64,000 bases of DNA from an uncultured virus (IMG/VR IMGVR_UViG_3300031689_000528) (IMGVR_UViG_3300031689_000528); one strand, 5' to 3'; positions 18,360 to 28,240 are shown, counted from the first letter of the stretch. Numbers and translations: made by a program. Notes: generated by a model from the letters alone, not told the origin.

Positions 18360-20071
18360 TAGTATTTAAAAATATTAAATATAAAAACTTTCTATCTACA
18401 GGTAATACACCGATAGAGATAGACTTAAATAAATCACATACTACATTAATTGTAGGTCAAAACGGTTCAGGTAAATCAACACTACTAGACGCCCTTTGTT
18501 TTGTTTTATTTAATAAACCATTTAGAATCATTAAGAAAGAACAAATAGTAAACTCAATAAACAATACGGAAACTATTGTTGAAATAACCTTTGATGTTGG
18601 TACAAAAGAATTTAAAATAATACGTGGTATCAAACCTAATATATTTGAGATATATTGTGACGGAGAGTTATTAAATCAGGACGCCAACAGTATTGATTAT
18701 CAAAAGTATTTAGAACAAAATATAATGAGACTTAACTATAGGTCTTTTTTACAAGTAGTATTATTAGGCTCATCATCTTATGAACCCTTTATGAAAATGA
18801 AACCTAGGTACAGACGAGAGGTTGTAGAAGAAATATTAGACATAAGAGTATTCGGACTTATGGATTTAATATTAAGAAGTCAACAATCAGACCTTGCAAA
18901 AAAGGTAATAGAAATGAGGCACCGTTGTGATCTCATACAAACCAAGTATGAAACAGAGTTAAATCACTTCAATGCTATCTCCGACCTTAATATGAACGAC
19001 CTAGATGGTAAGAAACAGCTTATTGATCAAAACAAAGAAGATAATAATACATATAGTAAGAAGATAGAAGAATTAAATGAGAAGATAGGATATCATAAAG
19101 AAGAAGTGGCAGAGAAAGGCAAGGTAGAAAAGAAAGTAAATCAGTTATCTAAACTAGAAGCTAAGATTGAAACTAACTTATCTACACACCAAAAGTCATT
19201 AGAGTTTTTTGAAAACAACGATAACTGTCCTACTTGCACACAACCTATTGATCACGAGTTTAAAGGTAATAAGATAGAGGCAACCAAACAAAAGATTAAA
19301 ACTCTACAAGAAGGCATGAACGAATTGCTAACAGAGATTACTAATACAGAGATTAAATTAACTGAAATGAATAAGGTATCACAAAAGATAAACGAATTGA
19401 ATATAGATATATCTAAATTTGAAACGTCTTTAGATGAAATTAATAAATTCAGTAATAGAATACACGAAGAAATTAAACTATTAGAAAACAAACAAGTTGA
19501 TGGTAAAGAAATTAAACAACATCTAGAAAAACTAAATTTAGATTTAGAAGAAGGTAAAATAGAAAGAGATAGAATAATAGAACAAAAAAGTTACGTAGAC
19601 ATATTAAGAACAATCTTAAATGACAAGGGTGCTAAGGCACAGATTATACGTAAGTATGTTCCTATTATGAATAACTTAATCAATCAACACTTACAAGCTA
19701 TGGACTTCTTTGTATCTTTTCATTTAGATGAGGAGTTTAATGAAACTATAAAGAGTAGATTCAGAGACGGCTTTAACTATAATAACTTTAGTGAGGGTGA
19801 AAAAATGAGAATAGACCTTGCATTATTATTTACTTGGAGACACATAGCTAAAATGAAAAACAGTACCAATACCAACCTATTAATACTAGATGAAATTTTT
19901 GATGGTAGTTTAGATGGTCAAGGTACAGATGATTTCTTTAAGATTATAACTCAACTATCAAAAGAAAATATCTTTATTATATCACACAAAGGAGATATAA
20001 TGTTTGATAAATTTACAAATATAATTAAGTTTGAAAAATATAAAAACTTTACAAGACTACAACAAGCATAA
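18356..20071 (+). CDS. gp46: recombination ATPase (Rad50/SbcC-like)
   Basis: GQNGSGKST, CPTC zinc hook, FSEGEK signature, LILDE. Confidence 0.96.
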   Translation: MIVFKNIKYKNFLSTGNTPIEIDLNKSHTTLIVGQNGSGKSTLLDALCFVLFNKPFRIIKKEQIVNSINNTETIVEITFDVGTKEFKIIRGIKPNIFEIYCDGELLNQDANSIDYQKYLEQNIMRLNYRSFLQVVLLGSSSYEPFMKMKPRYRREVVEEILDIRVFGLMDLILRSQQSDLAKKVIEMRHRCDLIQTKYETELNHFNAISDLNMNDLDGKKQLIDQNKEDNNTYSKKIEELNEKIGYHKEEVAEKGKVEKKVNQLSKLEAKIETNLSTHQKSLEFFENNDNCPTCTQPIDHEFKGNKIEATKQKIKTLQEGMNELLTEITNTEIKLTEMNKVSQKINELNIDISKFETSLDEINKFSNRIHEEIKLLENKQVDGKEIKQHLEKLNLDLEEGKIERDRIIEQKSYVDILRTILNDKGAKAQIIRKYVPIMNNLINQHLQAMDFFVSFHLDEEFNETIKSRFRDGFNYNNFSEGEKMRIDLALLFTWRHIAKMKNSTNTNLLILDEIFDGSLDGQGTDDFFKIITQLSKENIFIISHKGDIMFDKFTNIIKFEKYKNFTRLQQA

Positions 20072-20080
20072 GGAGAAAAT

Positions 20081-20812
20081 ATGGGCAGTACTCAAAAAAA
20101 CGTGATGAAAAAACCTAAACAAAACATGACTAAAATATCGGCTAAAGATAATAAACAAAGTCCGAAATACGAGGAGAAAGTCAAAGAAGAAGTAACTGAA
20201 ACGGTTGTTGAACCTAAACATAAAGATTATAGTAAAACTAAAACATATAGTCTAATACCACCTAGGGATCCTAGAATACAATCAGCAATAGCACCTTTCA
20301 GTGATGATATGTTAAAGGAACATGGTCTTAAAGATAGAAAAGAATTAGCGGAACAGATGTTTGCTACTATGAGAAAATATGGTGGCATAGGTTTAACTTG
20401 CAATCAAGTTGGTTTACCTTTCAACATGTTCGTAATAGGCGACCACCCTCATATAGAAGATGGTTTAAAAATGGCATGTTTCAATCCTATGATAATCACA
20501 CAAGGTGAGGAAAAAGTAGTGATGAAAGAGGGTTGTTTAACCTTTCCTTTTGTCTTTTTATCTATTACAAGACCACGTAAAGTTATTGTAAAGTACGAAG
20601 ATGAAGATGGTAAACTACAAGAAGGACATCTAGACGGTATGATCAGTAGAGTATTCCAACATGAACACGAACACACTCTAGGTAGAAATTTTACAGAGGG
20701 ACAGAGTAAAATGAAACTAGACTTGGCATATAAGAAAGCTGGAAAACAGATGAAAGCTTATGAAAAACATAAGAAAGCCATGGAAAAAGTAGATAATAGG
20801 ATGATTCCATAG
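20081..20812 (+). CDS. def: peptide deformylase
   Basis: GIGLTCNQVG, EGCLT, QHEHEH motifs. Confidence 0.92.
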   Translation: MGSTQKNVMKKPKQNMTKISAKDNKQSPKYEEKVKEEVTETVVEPKHKDYSKTKTYSLIPPRDPRIQSAIAPFSDDMLKEHGLKDRKELAEQMFATMRKYGGIGLTCNQVGLPFNMFVIGDHPHIEDGLKMACFNPMIITQGEEKVVMKEGCLTFPFVFLSITRPRKVIVKYEDEDGKLQEGHLDGMISRVFQHEHEHTLGRNFTEGQSKMKLDLAYKKAGKQMKAYEKHKKAMEKVDNRMIP

Positions 20813-20817
20813 TAGGC

Positions 20818-20846
20818 TTGACATTGAGGAAAGTTTATGATAGGAT
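20818..20846 (+). promoter_or_regulatory. sigma70-like promoter
   Basis: GGC-TTGACA-N17-TAGGAT. Confidence 0.7.
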
Positions 20847-20852
20847 TACATT

Positions 20853-22193
20853 ATGACAGCAGTACCAAAAGAAGACTTTGATATACACGCCAAGCAAGAT
20901 TTAGAAGGCGTTGAAAGAAAGTGGAAACAGTTTCAAGAAGAAAACGATATTGAGGCTCTTGAACAAGTAGACGAGAGAGTACTTACAGAAGCTATTCAAA
21001 AAGATTTGGGATACGTGTCAAAGATGACAGTACAAGAGTATACCCTATTTCAAAAGTGGCAAGAAGTACATAGAAAATTCCCTACAACCGAATCAACTAC
21101 ATTGTATGGTACTGAAAAAATACTAACATCACCTGAACAAAAAACTCAAATAGATACAGTTAGAAACAATATCTGGATTCCCGAATCACCTGAAGATTAT
21201 GATAAGTTAGAACCTGTATTAGAATTTACAGATGACAGTACAAAGAATTTCAAAGGCAAAGCAGTAAGAACAGCCAAACTATCAGAGAACTGGAATACAT
21301 TAAGAACTTTCTTATCTACTATGAAAAACAATAGTAATATTGGTAGACAATTATTCTTTAATGTAAATGATAATAGATCAGGTAAACATTTAGGTGTCAT
21401 TTGTATATCTGGTGACTTCATGGATTTAACACCTAGAGACAGTGCTATTGGTTGGGACAGACAGAGTAAAACATTTGGTGGCATGATTAATCATACAGCA
21501 ATTGGTTCTTCTATTGTACCTACACAACCATTAGGTTACAGTTATACAGGTGGTAAACTATTAGCATATCTATGTTTATCAGATCAGGTACAGAAATTAT
21601 GGCACGACAAGTATGGCGACAAGTTAGTAGGAGTTACTACAACATCTTTATATGGTAAGGCGAAAGCAAATACTTTAAGTCAATATGATGGTTTAAAATA
21701 TTGGAAACGTATGGGTTTCACTATGGGATCTGTTTCATATGAACCACAACCAGCAACTAAAAAACTAATTAAACAATGGTTAAAGAAAAACCATACTAGA
21801 AAATACTTTGAATGGTATGAAGCAACGAGAGCCAACGGTCAACCATTAAAAAGAGATCACAAGAATAGATCGTATATGTTTACTTATTCTAAAATGGGTA
21901 TAGAAAAATCTTTAATCAAAACAGACCACGCCAGAGGTATCTATTTTGCAAGACTATTTGAAAACACTTATGAGTATTTAAGAGGTGAAGTAAAAGATGA
22001 TGGTCTTATTAAACGATTCGATTCGTCTACAGAGGGATTAGTCAAAGTATGGAAAGAAAAACATGCTTCAAAAAGAATTAAAAACCTATTAGCAACTGAT
22101 AGGTTCTCCAAAGAATCACACTTCTATGATGATTTGATATACTTGGATTGGGAAGAGTGCAAGGAAAAGTACTTAAATCAAGTCGGAAGATAA
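20853..22193 (+). CDS. DUF4338/DruA-like protein (copy 1)
   Basis: IVPTQPLGYSYTGGKLLA and TTSLYG motifs shared with 37351-38454; family recalled from the GGKLxA/TTSLYG motifs. Confidence 0.65.
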   Translation: MTAVPKEDFDIHAKQDLEGVERKWKQFQEENDIEALEQVDERVLTEAIQKDLGYVSKMTVQEYTLFQKWQEVHRKFPTTESTTLYGTEKILTSPEQKTQIDTVRNNIWIPESPEDYDKLEPVLEFTDDSTKNFKGKAVRTAKLSENWNTLRTFLSTMKNNSNIGRQLFFNVNDNRSGKHLGVICISGDFMDLTPRDSAIGWDRQSKTFGGMINHTAIGSSIVPTQPLGYSYTGGKLLAYLCLSDQVQKLWHDKYGDKLVGVTTTSLYGKAKANTLSQYDGLKYWKRMGFTMGSVSYEPQPATKKLIKQWLKKNHTRKYFEWYEATRANGQPLKRDHKNRSYMFTYSKMGIEKSLIKTDHARGIYFARLFENTYEYLRGEVKDDGLIKRFDSSTEGLVKVWKEKHASKRIKNLLATDRFSKESHFYDDLIYLDWEECKEKYLNQVGR

Positions 22194-22267
22194 CGAATCA
22201 AACAAGAAAATATAATGTTCTCATTATGTTCTTTCAATAAGCAAGTAACCACAACGAATTATATGGC

Positions 22268-22296
22268 TTGACTTTCCTGTCTTTTCCATATAGGAT
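22268..22296 (+). promoter_or_regulatory. sigma70-like promoter
   Basis: GGC-TTGACT-N17-TAGGAT. Confidence 0.7.
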
Positions 22297-22298
22297 AA

Positions 22299-24602
22299 GT
22301 GTATATGAAAAATAAAACCACTACAAAAATTAGCCTTGATCAAAAAAGTCAACTTGCTAAACTTATCGCTACAGAGAATATATCAATTCAACATAACAAT
22401 GTTAAGACAGCTTCATTTGATGTTAAGAATAGAGTACTAACACTACCTATCTTTAAAACTAAAAGTGTTGATGTATATGACATGTTAATCGCCCATGAGT
22501 GTGCTCATGCTTTATTTACTCCTTACGGAAAATGGGCTAAAATAAATGATGATGAGTTAAGAGCATACATCAATGTATTAGAAGATTGTAGAATAGACAA
22601 AAAAATTCAAACAAGATATGAGGGTGTAGTTAAAAACTATATCAATGGTTTTGATATCTTAAACAAAGCAAATTTCTTTGGTATTAAAAACAAAGATATG
22701 AACAAAGACTTTATGTTGATTGATAAGATCAACGTATTTTACAAGTCATCTAAAAGACTTAAAATTAATTTTACAACTGCTGATAATAAATGGTTAGCAA
22801 AAGTTAATTCTCTTACATCATTTACTAGTGTAGTTAAGTTAGCAAAAGAAATGTTAGCTTGGCAGAAAAAAGATATTAAAAACAAAGAAAAGGATTCAGA
22901 TTTTTCTGGTAGTACTTTAGATAAGTTATATAAACTTGCTGATAAACATATCAAACCAGGTGAGTCTAAAGAAAAACAAGAAGAAAAAAAAGATGAATCT
23001 TATGCGGAAACTGAAAGTAAAGATGAAGTAAAAGAAGAAGATAACAAAGTAGAATCAAACTCAACTAATTCAGCACCTGAACACGGTAACGGTGCCGATG
23101 AGGGTGAAGATGGTTACAATTTAGATTCTAGAAAATTCATTGCTGTTACTGATCAAACATATCAAAAGAATACAGAAAGTTTAACTGATAGAACATGTGA
23201 CTATAACTATGTTAATCTACCAGATGTTAATTTGAAGAAAGTTATTATTTCTAATAAAACTTTTCTATCTGAAATGAGAGAATATATTGCTGGTGAAAAA
23301 AAGCATTATGCTGGTACACACGAATATTTAATGTGGTTAAAAAATGACTACAAAAAATATATCAAAGATAACATGAAAACAGTTAACTATCTTGTTAAAG
23401 AGTTTGAAATGAAAAAAAGTGCTACGGCATATAAAAGAGCTAGTACTGATAAAACTGGTACTATTGATCCTTTAAAATTAAAAGATTACAAATTTAGTGA
23501 TGATATATTTAAAAGATTAACTATTATACCTACAGAGAAGAATCATGGTATGATGATGTTACTTGATTGGTCTGGTAGTATGGCAAACGATCTTAAAAAG
23601 ACTATTGATCAATTAATAAATTTAGTTATGTTTTGTAGAAAAATCAATATACCTTTTAAAGTATATATGTTTACTACTGAATATTCTTATAAACAAGGTT
23701 TAGATAAGTACAGTCAATCAACAAATAAATCTGTATGGAAATACAAATCTGGTGACATGTATTTAGAGAACTTTAATCTAGTTGAATTAGCAGATCATAA
23801 ATCAAAGAAAAAAGATTTAGAAGAATCTTTAATGTATGTTTACAATATGGGTTCATGTTATGATCAAAGCGTTAGAAGTTCTTTCTGGAATAATGAAAAA
23901 GCTTATGAAGGTAGTAGATTTCATATGCCTAGTCAATACAATCTTGGTACTACACCTCTTAACGAAGCATTAGTTACGTGTCTTAAAATAGTTCCTATGT
24001 TTAAAAGAAAATACAACGTAGAAAAAATGACTTTCATTACCCTAACAGACGGTGGTGCAAATTATACAGGTGAAGCAAAAGTTATATTAGGTGAGAACGG
24101 TCTTACCAGAAAACATAAAGATGAGTGTAGAGTTGGTGCCGTTGATAAGAATGCACCATATGTACCAGTTAAAACAGTTATCAAAATTGGTAAAAGATCA
24201 TATGTTAATGAGGACAGTAGAGAAGGACTTACCAATTTGATGTTAACATTAATTCAAAAAGAACACGGTATTAAAACAATTGGTTTCTATGTTCTTAAAC
24301 AAATCAAGTGGTGGGATATCAGTAGTTATGTTAGACACTTTAAAAATTACGATCACAGAAATGATATGATGAATAGAATCAAAGCTACCTTTGCAAAAGA
24401 AAAAGCAGTACTAGTACATAACAAAGGTTACAATAAGTACTTTCTTCTTAATGGTAAATCAATGAAAGTTCAAAATGTTGATCTATCAGCGATTACAAAT
24501 GATTCGAAAACTGCTTCAATTAAGTCAGTATTCAGTAAGAGTATGAAAGGAAGAATCACTTCCAGAACGGTATTAAACAAATTCATAGAGGAGGTTGCTT
24601 AA
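22299..24602 (+). CDS. HExxH metallopeptidase-like plus VWA domain protein (CobT-like partner)
   Basis: HECAH and NVLED motifs; MIDAS DWSGS, GTTP, LTDG; acidic linker. Confidence 0.85.
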   Translation: MYMKNKTTTKISLDQKSQLAKLIATENISIQHNNVKTASFDVKNRVLTLPIFKTKSVDVYDMLIAHECAHALFTPYGKWAKINDDELRAYINVLEDCRIDKKIQTRYEGVVKNYINGFDILNKANFFGIKNKDMNKDFMLIDKINVFYKSSKRLKINFTTADNKWLAKVNSLTSFTSVVKLAKEMLAWQKKDIKNKEKDSDFSGSTLDKLYKLADKHIKPGESKEKQEEKKDESYAETESKDEVKEEDNKVESNSTNSAPEHGNGADEGEDGYNLDSRKFIAVTDQTYQKNTESLTDRTCDYNYVNLPDVNLKKVIISNKTFLSEMREYIAGEKKHYAGTHEYLMWLKNDYKKYIKDNMKTVNYLVKEFEMKKSATAYKRASTDKTGTIDPLKLKDYKFSDDIFKRLTIIPTEKNHGMMMLLDWSGSMANDLKKTIDQLINLVMFCRKINIPFKVYMFTTEYSYKQGLDKYSQSTNKSVWKYKSGDMYLENFNLVELADHKSKKKDLEESLMYVYNMGSCYDQSVRSSFWNNEKAYEGSRFHMPSQYNLGTTPLNEALVTCLKIVPMFKRKYNVEKMTFITLTDGGANYTGEAKVILGENGLTRKHKDECRVGAVDKNAPYVPVKTVIKIGKRSYVNEDSREGLTNLMLTLIQKEHGIKTIGFYVLKQIKWWDISSYVRHFKNYDHRNDMMNRIKATFAKEKAVLVHNKGYNKYFLLNGKSMKVQNVDLSAITNDSKTASIKSVFSKSMKGRITSRTVLNKFIEEVA

Positions 24603-24632
24603 AAGGTAATGGTATCAACGCTTCTTTTAGGC

Positions 24633-24661
24633 TTGCTTTCTATGACAAATCCTGATAGGAT
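24633..24661 (+). promoter_or_regulatory. sigma70-like promoter
   Basis: GGC-TTGCTT-N17-TAGGAT. Confidence 0.6.
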
Positions 24662-24696
24662 AAAGGATAAAAACAACGTAACAAAAGGATAACACT

Positions 24697-25917
24697 ATGT
24701 TAAACACTAAACAAACGCAATTCGTTGAACATGCTTTCGCAATGTTTAAAACAACAGAATTGACAGTAGACCAATTGAAGGAGGCAAACAAGAAATTTGG
24801 TTGCAAGTATGCTCCACAATGGTTAATCAAAAATAAAGATTACAAATTAGGAAAATCTTTGTTTAAACTACCGGTAGACGGAGAAGATATTTCTACTCCT
24901 GTTGTATCGCCAGTTAAAAACAAAAAAACGGCAGTTGCTGAGGAGATTAAATCAGAAGCCGCTTATATTGTTTCATCTTTAGTAGGTGATATTGTACCTA
25001 AAAAAGATCCAATATTTGTTCCATTTGGTAACTACACAGATGTGAAATCTATTATTAAATCTAATAGATTCTATCCCATTTTCATTACAGGTTTATCTGG
25101 TAATGGTAAAACAATGGGTGTAATTCAATCTTGTGCTGAAGCCAAAAAAGAAATGATCAGAGTTAACATAACAATTGAGACCGATGAAGACGATCTTTTA
25201 GGTGGTTACAGACTTAAAGATGGCCAAACTGTTTGGCAAAACGGTCCTGTGATTGAAGCAATGGAAAGAGGCGCTCTTTTATTATTAGATGAAGTTGATT
25301 TAGCTTCTAATAAAATCATGTGTCTACAACCAATACTTGAAGGATCAGGTGTTTATGTTAAGAAAATTAACAAGTTTGTTAAACCAAAAACTGGATTTAA
25401 TATCGTTGCTACTGCCAATACAAAAGGTCAAGGTAGTGAAGATGGTAAATTCATCGGTACAAACATTCTTAATGAAGCTTTTCTTGAAAGATTTCCTGTT
25501 ACATTTGAACAGAAATATCCAAGTGTTGCTATTGAGAAAAAAATATTAACAAATACATTAAAGGCGGCTGGTAAAACAGACGCAGGTTTCATCACAAAGC
25601 TTACAACGTGGGCAGATGTGATTAGAAAAACTTACTTTGATGGTGGTGTTGACGAGATTATCTCTACAAGAAGATTAGTCCACATAACTCAAGCTTATGC
25701 TATATTTAATAATAAAGTAAAAGCGATTCAGATGTGTACTAATAGATTTGAAGATGATACAAAAAATTCGTTTGTAGAGCTATATACCAAAGTAGATTCT
25801 GGTTCAAGTGTTGAAGACATTATGGAACAAAATAGACAGGCAGATTTAGTTCAACAATCGGATCTTGGCGAAGACCAAGACGAATCAGACGATGACTCTG
25901 ATTCAGACAGTGTCTAA
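24697..25917 (+). CDS. MoxR/CobS-like AAA+ ATPase
   Basis: GLSGNGKT, LLLDE, TANTKG, NEAFLERF, STRRL. Confidence 0.92.
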   Translation: MLNTKQTQFVEHAFAMFKTTELTVDQLKEANKKFGCKYAPQWLIKNKDYKLGKSLFKLPVDGEDISTPVVSPVKNKKTAVAEEIKSEAAYIVSSLVGDIVPKKDPIFVPFGNYTDVKSIIKSNRFYPIFITGLSGNGKTMGVIQSCAEAKKEMIRVNITIETDEDDLLGGYRLKDGQTVWQNGPVIEAMERGALLLLDEVDLASNKIMCLQPILEGSGVYVKKINKFVKPKTGFNIVATANTKGQGSEDGKFIGTNILNEAFLERFPVTFEQKYPSVAIEKKILTNTLKAAGKTDAGFITKLTTWADVIRKTYFDGGVDEIISTRRLVHITQAYAIFNNKVKAIQMCTNRFEDDTKNSFVELYTKVDSGSSVEDIMEQNRQADLVQQSDLGEDQDESDDDSDSDSV

Positions 25918-26001
25918 AGCTTAGTGTAATCCTTGTGGGTGGTGTAGTGGCCACCCACGTTATAAGAGGATAAATTAATCACTACAGAAAGGAATAATAA
26001 A

Positions 26002-26211
26002 TTGTCAAGAGAAAAAGTAATAGAAGTTAGAAATAATAATATAGAACAAGCATTACGTGTGATGAAAAGAAAATCTATTAAAGATAACTTTTTAAAAGTG
26101 TTCAAAGAAAAACAACACTTTGAAAAACCATCAGATAAGAAAAGACGTAAGCAAAAAGAAATGATTGCTAATGCAAAAAAGAACAAGAGATTAAGAGAAA
26201 AATTTTTATAA
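26002..26211 (+). CDS. rpsU: ribosomal protein bS21 homolog
   Basis: VRNNNIEQALRVMKRK...HFEKPSDKKRRK, the bS21 signature; TTG start with AGGA RBS. Confidence 0.88.
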   Translation: MSREKVIEVRNNNIEQALRVMKRKSIKDNFLKVFKEKQHFEKPSDKKRRKQKEMIANAKKNKRLREKFL

Positions 26212-26249
26212 TTTAGTTATTTAACGCTTGTGTTTGATATATATATTAT

Positions 26250-26407
26250 GGTTGAGGCTGCTCGTAAGTCCTTAACAGCGTTAAAAAAGAAGCATATAGT
26301 GGGCTTCTTTATGGTGTTTTGTTAGTTTCACCTATAAAAAAAACTAACACTTATAGATATTCACTAGGGAACTGGTAGGGATCCTCAGCCTAGTGAATTT
26401 CTATAAG
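26250..26407 (+). ncRNA. candidate structured RNA with four hairpins
   Basis: Stems at 26251-26276, 26286-26310, 26320-26349 and 26350-26407 in an ORF-free 300-nt gap. Confidence 0.45.
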
Positions 26408-26517
26408 TAGGGTTGTATATTAATATAACGTACTTATATATAAGCCAGATATACATTAAGGCAGTAGCCGTATATTTGAAGAAGACAAACTAACAGCCAG
26501 TAGGCAAAGGAGATAGT

Positions 26518-27588
26518 ATGAAAGCATACTTTGACTTGAATAAGTCGTTAAAGGAATGTCCACCTAGTGTGATATATAAAGACACAAAAGGTTATACATT
26601 TAAAAAGAGAATTATAACAAAATTAAAAAATATAATTCCTAAATTAGAAAATCAAATAAGAACCCATTTAGTTAAACAATCAAACGCTACACCAATTGCT
26701 CGTAGTTTTGAGGCTATAGGTTGGTCACACGACAAAGCACCAATAGCCGTATCAGTTAATCCTGATAATGATGAGTATTTTAACCTAGAATGGGGATTTA
26801 CCAGAACACAGGCAGCTTCTATGAAAGAATGGGAAACCATTATTGTAGATGTAGTTGAACCAGCAGGCAAACCTGTTGATGTTTTTGTTGATAAGTTTTT
26901 ATCCAATAAGCATTTAGGTGAGGCACATACGCCAAATACAAAAGAGGATATTGTGAATGGTGTTCTTAAAGCTGTTGAGTCTGATATGATTAAAGATGAA
27001 AAATCAGAGGTGAAGAAATGGATTTCAAGGGTTACTCCTGAAATGACTGAAACTGATAGAAGAAATATCTATAAGTCTTATAAAACTCAAAAATCATCAA
27101 ACGGTCCTGTTAGAACTTGGCACCAAGGTACAGGTTTAAACTCTGTTAAAGAATATGCAGAAAAAAACAATATACCTTATTCAGGTGATAAGAACTTTGA
27201 AAAAACAGGTAAGTTGGCTTTTGTAACTCATTATTCAACTTTAAAATCAGTTATTGGTGACTGTAAACAAACTTATATGGAATATGATAAACAACATCCG
27301 GTAAGTATCATAGGTTACATTGACGAACCTAAAGCTGCACCAGCATTATACTCTCAAAGAGAAGAATGGAATGAAAATGCTCAGAAATATATTGATACTG
27401 AATGTGAGTGGATTCAACAAATAGCTAAGTTAGCAGGTACTGATATTGATTTAGATAAGATCAAAAAGATTTTACCCATTAAACTAGGTGGTTTTTTGTG
27501 GCAAAATCAGAAACCAGATAATAATAATGGTGGTGAAACTACCGAATCTGGAGTAGTTGGTATTAAAGGACAACATATCAAACTATAA
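26518..27588 (+). CDS. hypothetical protein with possible N-terminal ParB/Srx-like domain
   Basis: PIAV...LEWGFTRTQAA...TIIVDVV resembles the ParB motif; AAGGAG RBS. Confidence 0.55.
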   Translation: MKAYFDLNKSLKECPPSVIYKDTKGYTFKKRIITKLKNIIPKLENQIRTHLVKQSNATPIARSFEAIGWSHDKAPIAVSVNPDNDEYFNLEWGFTRTQAASMKEWETIIVDVVEPAGKPVDVFVDKFLSNKHLGEAHTPNTKEDIVNGVLKAVESDMIKDEKSEVKKWISRVTPEMTETDRRNIYKSYKTQKSSNGPVRTWHQGTGLNSVKEYAEKNNIPYSGDKNFEKTGKLAFVTHYSTLKSVIGDCKQTYMEYDKQHPVSIIGYIDEPKAAPALYSQREEWNENAQKYIDTECEWIQQIAKLAGTDIDLDKIKKILPIKLGGFLWQNQKPDNNNGGETTESGVVGIKGQHIKL

Positions 27589-27605
27589 ATAAACTAAAAA
27601 AAAGT

Positions 27606-27645
27606 GGAAGGGAGCATTGACTTCCTTCCTCTTTTATTATATAAT
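27606..27645 (+). promoter_or_regulatory. terminator-like hairpin overlapping a sigma70 promoter
   Basis: GGAAGGGAG/CTTCCTTCC stem plus T-rich tail; TTGACT(27617)-N17-TATAAT(27640). Confidence 0.65.
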
Positions 27646-27656
27646 GAAACTATATT

Positions 27657-28208
27657 ATGATTAAGATACCAAAAATAACATTTAAAACTAGAGTTGGTGA
27701 CCTGACCGAATCAGGAGAATGTAACTTTGAAAGCGGAAAATGGGTTGATGTAACATCAGCTAATCTCTTTGACAATAAAAGAGTTGTTTTGTTTAGTTTA
27801 CCAGGTGCTTTTACACCTACATGTACATCACAACAACTACCTGGTTATGAATCAAGTGCAAAAGTTTTTAAGATTTCTCACAACATAGATGAAGTTTATT
27901 GTGTTTCAGTAAATGATTCGTTTGTGATGAATGCGTGGGCTCATGCTTCAAATATAAAAAACGTTAAGATGATACCAGATGGTAACGGAGAACTAACAAA
28001 GGCATTAGATATGTTAGTTACCAAAGAAGCCATTGGTTTTGGTTATCGTTCTTGGAGATATGCAGCTATAATAAATGACGGTGAGATAGAGAAAATGTTT
28101 GTAGAACCTGGTAAAGAGATCAACGATTCTTCGGATCCGTATGGTGTTTCTTCTCCAGAAAACGTTTTATCTTACTTACAAGTGAAAGAAATTAAGGAGT
28201 CAGTTTAA
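27657..28208 (+). CDS. peroxiredoxin (Prx5-like)
   Basis: PGAFTPTC, SVNDSFVMNAW, PDGNG, RSWRYA. Confidence 0.93.
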   Translation: MIKIPKITFKTRVGDLTESGECNFESGKWVDVTSANLFDNKRVVLFSLPGAFTPTCTSQQLPGYESSAKVFKISHNIDEVYCVSVNDSFVMNAWAHASNIKNVKMIPDGNGELTKALDMLVTKEAIGFGYRSWRYAAIINDGEIEKMFVEPGKEINDSSDPYGVSSPENVLSYLQVKEIKESV

Positions 28209-28211
28209 GGC

Positions 28212-28240
28212 TTGACTTTTTATTTGATCTGTAATAGGAT
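28212..28240 (+). promoter_or_regulatory. sigma70-like promoter directly upstream of tRNA-Gly(TCC) and gp45
   Basis: GGC-TTGACT-N17-TAGGAT. Confidence 0.7.

Noticed and set aside
20853..22193. A complete Druantia defence system
   Set aside because: No DruE helicase or other Dru genes nearby; only DruA-like motifs are present
22299..25917. Cobalamin biosynthesis (cobS/cobT) auxiliary genes
   Set aside because: No cobN or other cob genes; a generic MoxR AAA+/VWA pair explains the motifs
27584..27591. TATAAATA as a late promoter for the peroxiredoxin
   Set aside because: Overlaps a stop codon and precedes a terminator-like hairpin; a good sigma70 promoter at 27617-27645 explains expression
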